Below, one piece after another: positions 1-6,385 of a stretch of DNA of 44,468 bases (position 1 is the stretch's first letter; each line of letters opens with the position of its first letter). A model generated the notes under the pieces. That model saw only the letters and a list, made by a program, of their open reading frames with translations, had not been told where the DNA came from and did no database searches. Made by a program: the position numbers and the translations under genes. The DNA is from a virus: IMG/VR virus record IMGVR_UViG_3300008055_000147, one strand, 5' to 3'.

Positions 1-99
1 CCTCCTGCATCCTCTTCTCGTAGGCAAGCCAAGCCTTGATGCGCTCGGCCCGCTTGCTTACCGGTATCTCGGGCCCGTTGAAAAAGAGCTTGCTGTAGC
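1..99. repeat. 99-bp exact terminal duplication (copy 1; identical to 44370..44468)
   Basis: Bases 1-99 (cctcctgcatcc...gcttgctgtagc) recur base-for-base at 44370-44468. This indicates a circular-assembly overlap or a short direct terminal repeat. Confidence 0.95.
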
Positions 100-199
100 T
101 CTTGGGTTTTGGAGATGGCTTGGCGTTTATCTGGAAAATCCCGCCGAAAATGGCGATAAAGGGCCCGAGGATCTTGTTCATTACTGTGAACGTGGCCAT
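1..199 (-). CDS. small membrane protein (76 aa in total), 5' part; the ORF wraps the window ends and finishes at 44338
   Basis: ATG at 199. Translation MATFTVMNKILGPFIAIFGGIFQINAKPS... contains one hydrophobic helix. The frame continues from base 1 into 44369..44338 (TGA) once the duplicate is collapsed. TAATG stop/start coupling with the upstream ORF. Confidence 0.55.
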   Translation of the reverse strand, partial: MATFTVMNKILGPFIAIFGGIFQINAKPSPKPKSYSKLFFNGPEIPVSKRAERIKAWLAYEKRMQE

Positions 200-366
200 T
201 ACTTCTCCTGTGTGGGTTGATTGAACAATGGCCCCAGCACCCCTCCATCAAGGGCTAGGCGCCCTTGTTCTGGTGGTGCAAGCTCTTGAGCCTTGGGGCT
301 GTAGCTGCGGGCCTCAGCCCCTGGTAGGGCTAAGGCGTCCTGGTGGTAGCGGTGTGGTTTGGTCAT
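199..366 (-). CDS. hypothetical 55-aa protein (below the ORF-track size cutoff)
   Basis: ATG at 366 lies 3 nt after the stop of the 370..765 gene. The TAA at 201..199 overlaps the next ATG (TAATG). Translation MTKPHRYHQDALALPGAEARSYSPKAQELAPPEQGRLALDGGVLGPLFNQPTQEK. Supported only by the tight coupling. Confidence 0.35.
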   Translation of the reverse strand: MTKPHRYHQDALALPGAEARSYSPKAQELAPPEQGRLALDGGVLGPLFNQPTQEK

Positions 367-369
367 GGT

Positions 370-765
370 TCAGCAGACACAATCGGCGCTAGCCCGTGAC
401 AGGGCGGCCATCAGCTGCTGGGCAGCGTCCAGCGTCCACAGCTTGGCGCTGAGGATTGGTGTTGCTCTGCCCTCGACATAGGCCACCAGAATCCAGCCCT
501 CGCTGGAACCAGGACGCACACCTAAGCGCAGCAGGGGACCGGTATGGGCTGGCACTTGATGGCCCCAGCCTTCCGCATAGTCGAGCCAGTAGATCTCATT
601 GCCGTTGATGGCCAGGCCGTGCTCAGTCCTGAGGTTGAACTGCACCCAGGTGTCTATGGCGTCGATGATCTGGCGGACGGTGACGCAGTGTTTCTCATCC
701 GTTGGGATGGTGTGGAGCTGGTGCGTGTAGTCGCAGCGGTACGAGCCGTAGATGGTTGCGGTCAT
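370..765 (-). CDS. hypothetical early protein (131 aa)
   Basis: ORF with an ATG start, preceded by the ACCCACGACC box (775-784) and a structured intergenic element. No family recognised. Confidence 0.6.
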   Translation of the reverse strand: MTATIYGSYRCDYTHQLHTIPTDEKHCVTVRQIIDAIDTWVQFNLRTEHGLAINGNEIYWLDYAEGWGHQVPAHTGPLLRLGVRPGSSEGWILVAYVEGRATPILSAKLWTLDAAQQLMAALSRASADCVC

Positions 766-832
766 GGGTCTTGAGGTCGTGGGTTGTGCTGGTTGAACCC
801 AGCAGGGAACCCCTAAGGGCTCCGGGCTGAGA
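766..832 (-). repeat. structured intergenic element, copy E1 (two hairpins plus the ACCCACGACC box)
   Basis: Minus sense: TGA-TCTCAGCCC-GGAGCCC-TTAG-GGGTTCC-C-TGCTGG-GTTCAA-CCAGCA-CAACCCACGACCTCAAGACCC-ATG. The same architecture occurs at 1354-1431, 2017-2091 and 2248-2317. Confidence 0.75.
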
Positions 833-1129
833 TCAGACGTAAGGCGCCAGGTCGTAGTGATCGACCATCCCTACGGGTGAGACAGGGCAGCCGGCATTAA
901 GCCCGGCTTTGTAGGGGCGGACCGCTACTAGATGGCCGGGCCATTCCTTGCGGTCTTCCCGTGCCCATTGGTGGGCCTGGCTCCTCCACCAGCGAGCCGT
1001 ACCAGGGCTGGCTGATTCGTCCCCCTCGTAGGGCAGTGGCGTTATTTGGTACAGCTCCCAGGGCAGCCAGTGCTCACCGTCGTCAGCAGGGCAGGCCATC
1101 CATAGGGCTGTGCAGTTGGGTTGGGTCAT
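833..1129 (-). CDS. hypothetical early protein (98 aa, Trp-rich)
   Basis: ORF with TAATG coupling to the upstream gene. No family recognised. Confidence 0.55.
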   Translation of the reverse strand: MTQPNCTALWMACPADDGEHWLPWELYQITPLPYEGDESASPGTARWWRSQAHQWAREDRKEWPGHLVAVRPYKAGLNAGCPVSPVGMVDHYDLAPYV

Positions 1130-1353
1130 TAGATCAGCCCCCCCTTCAAGAAAGCCATCCGCCCGACTTCTGCGGTGTGAGTGCCGTTGAGGTTGCGGGA
1201 CAGGGCGCCTGTCAGCCGGTGGTAAGCCTGGCTTAATTCGCTGCGGGTGTCGGGCAGCATCTGAGCCACCTTCCCTGAGTCGAGCAGCTTCAGTGCAGCC
1301 AGGATGGCTACGGCCTGGGGCTCGGATAAGACGTACTCCGTGCGTGTGTTCAT
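1129..1353 (-). CDS. hypothetical early protein (74 aa)
   Basis: ATG start preceded by ACCCACGACC (1361-1370). No family recognised. Confidence 0.55.
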   Translation of the reverse strand: MNTRTEYVLSEPQAVAILAALKLLDSGKVAQMLPDTRSELSQAYHRLTGALSRNLNGTHTAEVGRMAFLKGGLI

Positions 1354-1431
1354 TGGATTAGGTCGTGGGTACTGCCTAAGGGCAGCAGGGAAGGGAGCAG
1401 GGCTCCCCTCCGGGCTGTCGTTAGGCGATGG
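1354..1431 (-). repeat. structured intergenic element, copy E4
   Basis: Minus sense: CAGCCC-GGAGGGGAGC-CCT-GCTCCCTTCC-CTGCTGCC-CTTA-GGCAG-TACCCACGACC. A 10-bp stem with different bases but the same layout as E1. Confidence 0.7.
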
Positions 1432-2016
1432 TCAGCAGCTGCGGAAGATGTGAACCCCTCCGGTGCTGCAGTCCTCCTCCCGGTAGCCGTCAAAGGTGAG
1501 GTCACGCCAAGCCCTCTCCCAGTCGATGCAGCTGGTTGGCCAGTTGCTGTAAAGGTCTCGGGTCTCGGTGATCTCCTCAGCCAGCTCCTGGGCGTAGTCC
1601 TCGCCGCTGCTGTAGCAACCGCAATAGGTTTCCCTGAAGCTGTCCTCGTCCAGGGTCTGGCCCTGGTTCTCACACTCCAACTGGTAAGCCTCTCGGGTGT
1701 CCTCGTCTGAGTAGTTGCTCAGACCATCAACCCAGGCCACTAGCTCACCTAGGGCAGGCCACTCGGTCTGAGACAGGTAGCCGGGCAGTCCTGAACTGGT
1801 GTGGACGGCGTACTCCTCAGCCCCTGGCTCTGGGCTGTGGGACAGCATCCAGTCAATGCCCTCTTGGATGCCCTCCTCGTCTATGTCGCCTTCCAGGTCG
1901 ATCCAGTCACCGTGCAACTTGCCGTTGTTGTAGGCGGCAAGGCAGGCGACATAGATCCCCACCTCTGGGCAGCCGGTAGCAATGCAGGCCGGCTTGGTCG
2001 TTGTTGTCGTTGTCAT
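1432..2016 (-). CDS. ardA: ArdA-like antirestriction protein (DNA mimic)
   Basis: 194 aa and very acidic. N-terminal IYVACLAAYNNGKLHGDWIDL and C-terminal ...CIDWERAWRDLTFDGY... match the characteristic ArdA pattern. Lies in the first-transcribed part of the early operon. Confidence 0.8.
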   Translation of the reverse strand: MTTTTTTKPACIATGCPEVGIYVACLAAYNNGKLHGDWIDLEGDIDEEGIQEGIDWMLSHSPEPGAEEYAVHTSSGLPGYLSQTEWPALGELVAWVDGLSNYSDEDTREAYQLECENQGQTLDEDSFRETYCGCYSSGEDYAQELAEEITETRDLYSNWPTSCIDWERAWRDLTFDGYREEDCSTGGVHIFRSC

Positions 2017-2091
2017 GGTCTGAATCCCTTGGTCGTGGGTTTGGTTGCTGGGTGAACCCAGCAGAGGACCCCGTAGGGCCCTGGGCTGAGA
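2017..2091 (-). repeat. structured intergenic element, copy E2
   Basis: Minus sense: TGA-TCTCAGCCC-AGGGCCC-TACG-GGGTCCT-C-TGCTGGG-TTCA-CCCAGCA-ACCAAACCCACGACC. Stem positions covary with E1. Confidence 0.75.
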
Positions 2092-2247
2092 TCAGCGCAG
2101 CATCAGCAGCAAAGACAAGACGCCGGCCAGTGCAATCAACACCTTTTGCCGTTCTTGTAGCTGCTCGATCTGCTGCGCCTGCCAATCGGTCAGCTCAACG
2201 GCTGCCGTGATGATTTGGTCCTTGGTGCTGCTAGCGGTCGTGTTCAT
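2092..2247 (-). CDS. small tail-anchored membrane protein (51 aa)
   Basis: The internal ATG at 2247 is preceded by the ACCCACGACC box (2255-2264). Translation MNTTASSTKDQ...KVLIALAGVLSLLLMLR has a C-terminal hydrophobic helix. The longer track ORF (to 2337) overlaps the upstream gene and element. Confidence 0.5.
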   Translation of the reverse strand: MNTTASSTKDQIITAAVELTDWQAQQIEQLQERQKVLIALAGVLSLLLMLR

Positions 2248-2317
2248 GGCTTGAGGTCGTGGGTTGTGCTGGTTGAACCCAGCAGGGAGCCGGTAAGGCT
2301 CCGGGCTGAGATCTGAT
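2248..2317 (-). repeat. structured intergenic element, copy E3
   Basis: Minus sense: CAGCCC-GGAGCC-TTACC-GGCTCC-C-TGCTGG-GTTCAA-CCAGCA-CAACCCACGACCTCAAGCC-ATG. Confidence 0.75.
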
Positions 2318-2515
2318 TCAGTAGCCCAACCAAGCAAGCAACGCCTCGGCGTTGCGCTCGTCTAGGTGGCACCAGCTCACCCCGTGGCTGTCCTCGTAAA
2401 GGTCAGACAGGGTGAAGCCGTGCTGCCCCAGCAACGCCTGGGCGTCGCCGTGGCTGAGGTTGCCTGCCTCGTCGGCATGGTCAAGCACTGAATCCTCGAA
2501 GGTGAGGTAGTCCAT
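2318..2515 (-). CDS. small acidic protein (65 aa), first gene of the leftward early operon
   Basis: ATG at 2515 (MDYLTFEDSVLDHADEAGNLSHGD...), D/E-rich. Preceded by the variant box ACCACGACC (2532-2540). The 218-aa track ORF upstream of this ATG is low-complexity G/R/P sequence in a GC-rich non-coding region. Confidence 0.55.
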   Translation of the reverse strand: MDYLTFEDSVLDHADEAGNLSHGDAQALLGQHGFTLSDLYEDSHGVSWCHLDERNAEALLAWLGY

Positions 2516-2531
2516 CAGGTTGTCTAGGTGC

Positions 2532-2540
2532 GGTCGTGGT
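2532..2540 (-). promoter_or_regulatory. variant early-gene box (ACCACGACC)
   Basis: One-base variant of the ACCCACGACC box, 16 nt upstream of the ATG at 2515. Confidence 0.4.
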
Positions 2541-3060
2541 AGCTGGCTTGCGCCTGCTTGCATCCACCCTAGTCGATTCTCTGCACCCCTGCAAGGAAGT
2601 CGGGGCAATTGCCTCCTTCGCCCTCCCTCGCCCCTGCCCTGCCTGCTGGGTGTTGCTGCCCTGGGCCTGCTGGCAAAGCTTGGGCGCATTGGGTAACAGT
2701 GGGCGCGGACGTAGGCGGACGCCTGCCCAAGCCCCGGCGGGCTCACCCGCCTGGCCTCCCTGCCCGGCTGACCCCCGTCTCCCCGCCGCCCCAGACCTGG
2801 GCAGCAGGCAGGCCAGCGGATCTCAGATCCGATGCGGCCCAGCGGTGGCAACCCCTCTCCCTCCCGGCTTGCTTCGGTGCTTGCCCTGGTGGCCGGCAGG
2901 CCCCAGCAGCCGCAGCCGAGGGGGTACGGGGGGACCGGGGCGCCTGGCGATAAATACAGGCCCCTTTGCCACACGCACCATTTCCAGCTCTCTACGAGGC
3001 ACCTACCCCAGTTGTGTTTGGGTTGTGGCGGGAGTTTTCGGGTAAAGGTCTTGGGTTTTT
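2541..3060. promoter_or_regulatory. GC-rich divergent intergenic control region (no credible CDS)
   Basis: Separates the leftward early operon from the rightward block. Four of six frames stay open only because stop codons are scarce, and the translations are G/R/P/A low complexity. Contains C-tract arrays (2621-2639, 2758-2792, 2852-2865) and G-tracts (2919-2940). Confidence 0.6.
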
Positions 3061-3087
3061 GGGGGCAGAAGCTTTACAGGGCTGTAT

Positions 3088-3528
3088 ATGATTTATCTGT
3101 CTTCTGTCCAGAAGCCTTTGGCCGTTTTACTGGTGGGATCCTGCCCTGCGATGAGGGAAGCATTGTCCTTAGGGGGTGCTTGTGGGCAGGTTTATGGAGT
3201 GATGTGGGAAGCGGCTTGGTACGACCAGAGGGGGGAGTGTGGGGGGACGACTGAGTTGAGCCATAAAGCGATTGGGGATCTGTGTCACCTGGGCAATGCG
3301 ACGGTGTTGAAGGCGATTGATGCGTTGTTGGATGACGGGATGATCCAGTGTTTGCATTTGGTGCCGAGTGGGAGGGGGAGTTGGAAAAGGAGGTATCGGG
3401 TCATCCATCCAGGCCGACTGGAGGCGCAGCGCAAGGCGATTGCTGTGATGGGTCCTGCGTTGTTGCCATCGGAGAGGGCGAAGCACTTGTTGCCGGTCTG
3501 GTCTGATGTGGAACCTCTTGTAGCCTGA
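3088..3528 (+). CDS. winged-helix DNA-binding protein
   Basis: HTH-like LSHKAIGDLCHLGNATVLKAIDALLDDGMI followed by a wing-like GRGSWKRRYRVI. The start is uncertain (the ATG at 3151 is also possible). Codon usage is atypical (TTG/GGG/GCG-rich). Confidence 0.55.
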   Translation: MIYLSSVQKPLAVLLVGSCPAMREALSLGGACGQVYGVMWEAAWYDQRGECGGTTELSHKAIGDLCHLGNATVLKAIDALLDDGMIQCLHLVPSGRGSWKRRYRVIHPGRLEAQRKAIAVMGPALLPSERAKHLLPVWSDVEPLVA

Positions 3529-3562
3529 CCTCATCACGACCGATATGACCGCCAATTCGCTT

Positions 3563-3572
3563 GGTCGTGGGT
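3563..3572 (-). promoter_or_regulatory. ACCCACGACC box, isolated copy facing the antisense of the wHTH gene
   Basis: Exact 10-mer on the minus strand, 35 nt past the stop of the 3088..3528 gene. Confidence 0.5.
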
Positions 3573-3579
3573 CGGAAGG

Positions 3580-3840
3580 GTGTGTCGCCGTGATCCTGGG
3601 ACCCCTTGTCTTTATGGCAGGGGGTTTCTTGATGCCGGTAGCCTGGGCTTACACCCATGGAGAGCTGCTGTGTACCTGGACAACGTTGTTGCCTTGGCCT
3701 TGGGTCTAGAGGGGACAATTGACCCTTCGCAGGAAGTTGTTGCTGCTGCTGTGGAAGCAACGGGCTACACCGGGTATGTCGCCCCTGACTTTGTGGCTGC
3801 AGCACCCAAGCCAGCTGCTGCTCCTAAAGCAAAACGCTGA
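3580..3840 (+). CDS. hypothetical protein (start uncertain; GTG at 3580 or 3670)
   Basis: No in-frame ATG. The stop overlaps the next ATG (TGATG), which suggests translational coupling. Ala/Pro/Lys-rich C-terminus. Confidence 0.4.
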   Translation: MCRRDPGTPCLYGRGFLDAGSLGLHPWRAAVYLDNVVALALGLEGTIDPSQEVVAAAVEATGYTGYVAPDFVAAAPKPAAAPKAKR

Positions 3841-4145
3841 TGGCAGTCATGACGCGAGAGGACTTTGAGTGTCTGTGTGAGCAGGCGGGATATGGCATTG
3901 GCTATTGGGCTGATGCCGCCCACCTGGAGCCGGACTGCTACACGGTGATGGATACAGAGGAGGGGAAGCTTGAGATCCCGCGTGTTCGTGTCGAGCAGGT
4001 CTTGACCCAGCTGGAAGCTGGTCAACACAACCTGAGGGCAGACCTAAGGAAAGCAGCAATCAGTGGTGATGCCGGGGAATGGGACAGCGAGGTGGCTGAT
4101 GTGTTGATTCAGCTGGCGGCATTTGGTGAAGTGGTCTACAGCTGA
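3840..4145 (+). CDS. hypothetical protein (101 aa)
   Basis: ATG start with TGATG coupling on both sides. No family recognised. Confidence 0.6.
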   Translation: MAVMTREDFECLCEQAGYGIGYWADAAHLEPDCYTVMDTEEGKLEIPRVRVEQVLTQLEAGQHNLRADLRKAAISGDAGEWDSEVADVLIQLAAFGEVVYS

Positions 4146-5908
4146 TGCAACACCTCTGGGAGCCGTTACCAGAACCGCTGCATGACTTTGCCAATTTCTG
4201 CTGCTACCTCCTTAGGGAGCAGGGATTGGCTGATAGTCCAACCAAGCAGCAGGTAGCAGTTGCCCAGTGGATGCAGCACGGGCCAAGGAAGTCCCTAACC
4301 ATTGCCTACCGGGGGCTGGGGAAGTCGCTGTTGGCCAGCTACTACGCCTTATGGCGGTTGCGGTTGGACCCCAACGAGAAGTTGCTGATCGTCTCAGCTA
4401 CAGCCATCAAGGCAACGGACTTCACGCAGTTCATGCTGCGGACCATGGGGGAGGTGGACATCCTTCAGTGTCTCCTGCCTGGTCCTGCCAATCGTTTCTC
4501 CAACATTGCCTTTGATGTCGCTCCAGCCACGGTGGAGCAAAGCCCATCAGTGCGGGCCCTGGGGGTGCAAGCACAGACCACTGGTCAGCGTTGTACCTGC
4601 GCGATCCTGGATGACGTTGAGGTCCTCTCCAACACCATCACCCAGCTGAAGCAAGAGCGGGTGGCTCATGCAGTGGAGGAGATCGAGTCGATCATCAAGC
4701 CAGATGAAGGGCAGCTGCTGCCAAGGAAGGTGCTGTACCTAGGCACACCCCACACAGAAGCGTCTATTTACCTACGACTGGTTCGGGAAAGGGGGTATTC
4801 CAGTCGGTATTGGCCTGCTCTGTACCCCGAGGAACTGGACCCCTACGAGGGGAACCTATGCGGGCGGATTGAAGCTGAGGTGACAGCTGATCCGGGGCTG
4901 GTTGGAGAGCCCACTGACCCTGAACGGTTCAGCCATGAAGACCTGCTGCAGCGGCAGGCATCCATGACCAAGAGCACTTTCCAGCTGCAGTTCATGTTGA
5001 ACTGCCGGTTGGCCACCTTGGATCGCTACCCCATCCGCCTGGGGGACCTGATGGTGATGGATATTGACGCATCTGCCCTGCCAGAGACGGTGGTGTGGTC
5101 GTCGTCTCCTGAGTGCCGGCTGCAGGAGCTGGTTTGCGTTGGGATGGGCGCTGATCGCTTTTACCACCGCCCCATTTTTGTCAACGGCTGGATTTCCAAG
5201 AGTGAACACTGGCGCTGTGTCTTAGCTGTTGACCCTGCTGGTCGGGGTTCAGACGAGCTGGCTTGGGCTGTCGTCGCTGAATTGAACGGCAACTTCTTCC
5301 TTTTGGAGTCCGGTGGCAGCACCCTGGGCTATGCCGATGAGGTGCTGCAGTTCCTGGCCAAATTGGCCAAGAAGTGGGATGTGAACTACGTCATCAACGA
5401 ATCCAACATGGGCGATGGCATGTTTACAGCCCTGTTGAAGCCCCATTTGATGCGGGAACACGCCGTCACGATTGAGGAGGTGCGTCACAACATCAGAAAA
5501 GAGACCCGGCTGTGCGACACCTTGGGCCCGATCATTCAGCAACACCGCCTGGTGGTCACCACCAAGGTGATCAAGCAGGACTACCGGATGCAGGATGACG
5601 ACCCGGAGAACGGTTACAGCCGGTCTTTGTTCTTTCAGGCCAGTCGTCTTACCCCCGAGAGGGGGTGTTTGAGCCACGATGACCGTCTTGATGCGTTGGC
5701 CATCGCCTGTGCGTTCTTTGTCGAGTCCGCCGCCCAGGATCAGCGTGTTGCCAAGCAATCACGGGCCGATCAGCTCCAACAGGAGTCCTATGAAGCGTGG
5801 CTGGATGAAACTGGTGCTGCAGTGGATGCGTTAGCCCTCGGGTGGCGGCCAAGGGCTAGCACCGGCAGAGCCCATGGGGGTGTCACCCGGCTGCGGGTGG
5901 GCGCTTGA
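4145..5908 (+). CDS. terL: terminase large subunit (T7 gp19-like)
   Basis: 587 aa. Walker A-like AYRGLGKS near residue 55, as in T7-type TerL, and an acidic nuclease half at the C-terminus. Size and context fit. Confidence 0.85.
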   Translation: MQHLWEPLPEPLHDFANFCCYLLREQGLADSPTKQQVAVAQWMQHGPRKSLTIAYRGLGKSLLASYYALWRLRLDPNEKLLIVSATAIKATDFTQFMLRTMGEVDILQCLLPGPANRFSNIAFDVAPATVEQSPSVRALGVQAQTTGQRCTCAILDDVEVLSNTITQLKQERVAHAVEEIESIIKPDEGQLLPRKVLYLGTPHTEASIYLRLVRERGYSSRYWPALYPEELDPYEGNLCGRIEAEVTADPGLVGEPTDPERFSHEDLLQRQASMTKSTFQLQFMLNCRLATLDRYPIRLGDLMVMDIDASALPETVVWSSSPECRLQELVCVGMGADRFYHRPIFVNGWISKSEHWRCVLAVDPAGRGSDELAWAVVAELNGNFFLLESGGSTLGYADEVLQFLAKLAKKWDVNYVINESNMGDGMFTALLKPHLMREHAVTIEEVRHNIRKETRLCDTLGPIIQQHRLVVTTKVIKQDYRMQDDDPENGYSRSLFFQASRLTPERGCLSHDDRLDALAIACAFFVESAAQDQRVAKQSRADQLQQESYEAWLDETGAAVDALALGWRPRASTGRAHGGVTRLRVGA

Positions 5909-6122
5909 AGTCCACAACCTTGCCTTGCATCGACTCGAAGTTGAGTTTTCCTGCCAATTTGGCCAGAGTGCTGCCTTCTTGAGCAACGGCAGTGACGTTG
6001 TTCTGCTTCAGGAGGGCCAGCGCCTCAGACCTGGCCTTGCGATCACCGTTTTGCAGGTCTTCTAGGACCTGTTCAACCAGGGCTTCGTGCATCTGCCCGA
6101 GCATGTCTTGAAGGTCTGCCAT
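5883..6122 (-). CDS. terS: terminase small subunit-like protein (T7 gp18-like), inverted
   Basis: 79 aa from the ATG at 6122. ...MLGQMHEALVEQVLEDLQNGDRKARSEALALLKQNN...LAKLAGKL parallels T7 gp18 ...MLDTAMAQRMLADLSDHERRSPQLYNAIFKLLDRH...LGGLAGAL (T7 sequence recalled from memory). The 3' end overlaps the TerL 3' end by 26 nt. Confidence 0.5.
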   Translation of the reverse strand: MADLQDMLGQMHEALVEQVLEDLQNGDRKARSEALALLKQNNVTAVAQEGSTLAKLAGKLNFESMQGKVVDFKRPPAAG

Positions 6123-6138
6123 GACTACGGGGGTGGAG
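6123..6138 (-). promoter_or_regulatory. phage-RNAP-type promoter-like motif (CTCCACCCCCGTAGTC) abutting the terS ATG
   Basis: Minus-strand copy of the CHCCACCCC(C/T)GTA motif, directly before the only minus-strand gene in the late block. Confidence 0.45.
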
Positions 6139-6180
6139 GAGCTGTTCCCATTGTGGCTATGCCGGTAACCTGAAGCAGCG

Positions 6181-6196
6181 TTACACCCCTGTCGTG
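6181..6196 (+). promoter_or_regulatory. phage-RNAP-type promoter-like motif (TTACACCCCTGTCGTG)
   Basis: Plus-strand copy, back-to-back with 6123-6138. It ends in the GTG start of the 6194 ORF that heads the virion operon. Confidence 0.45.
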
Positions 6197-6385
6197 GTTC
6201 CCATTCCACCAATTAACGAGCGGTTGGTGGCGGTATTGGCCACCAAGTTCCCTGATCAGGCCCCAGATCTGGACTGTCCTGATCGCGAGGTGTGGTTTAA
6301 GGCCGGGCAGGTGTCAGTGGTGCGCTGGCTTGCTTCCAAGTTGGAAGAACAGGAGAACGTTCCTTTTGATTCGGAGGGCCTCTGA
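6194..6385 (+). CDS. hypothetical protein (63 aa, GTG start)
   Basis: ORF coupled by TGATG to the next gene. No family recognised. Confidence 0.45.
   Translation: MVPIPPINERLVAVLATKFPDQAPDLDCPDREVWFKAGQVSVVRWLASKLEEQENVPFDSEGL

Noticed and set aside
233-250. CACCCC-containing sequence (AGCACCCCTCCATCA) resembling the promoter-like motif
   Set aside because: It lacks the (C/T)GTA part and lies inside the coupled 55-aa ORF. Many other CACCCC or GGGGTG hits in coding regions (for example 4560, 25691, 39741) look like chance in a GC-rich genome.
2566-2594. Possible host-type promoter for the leftward early operon (minus sense: TTGCAG, 17 nt, TAGGGT)
   Set aside because: It has only a TAnnnT-type -10 and a 4/6 -35, and such matches are frequent. 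It also overlaps a weak copy of the CACCCC motif, so neither call is safe.
2318-2974. 218-aa minus-strand ORF extending the 65-aa early gene upstream, and overlapping plus ORFs 2536..3045, 2609..2953 and 2832..3254
   Set aside because: The translations are G/R/P/A low complexity. Several frames are open simultaneously because the region is very GC-rich and stop-poor. A good ATG with the box variant lies at 2515.
3066-3095. TTTACA and TATATGAT near the start of the wHTH gene, considered as a sigma70-type promoter
   Set aside because: The spacing between the -35-like and -10-like hexamers is only 6-8 nt, not 16-18 nt.
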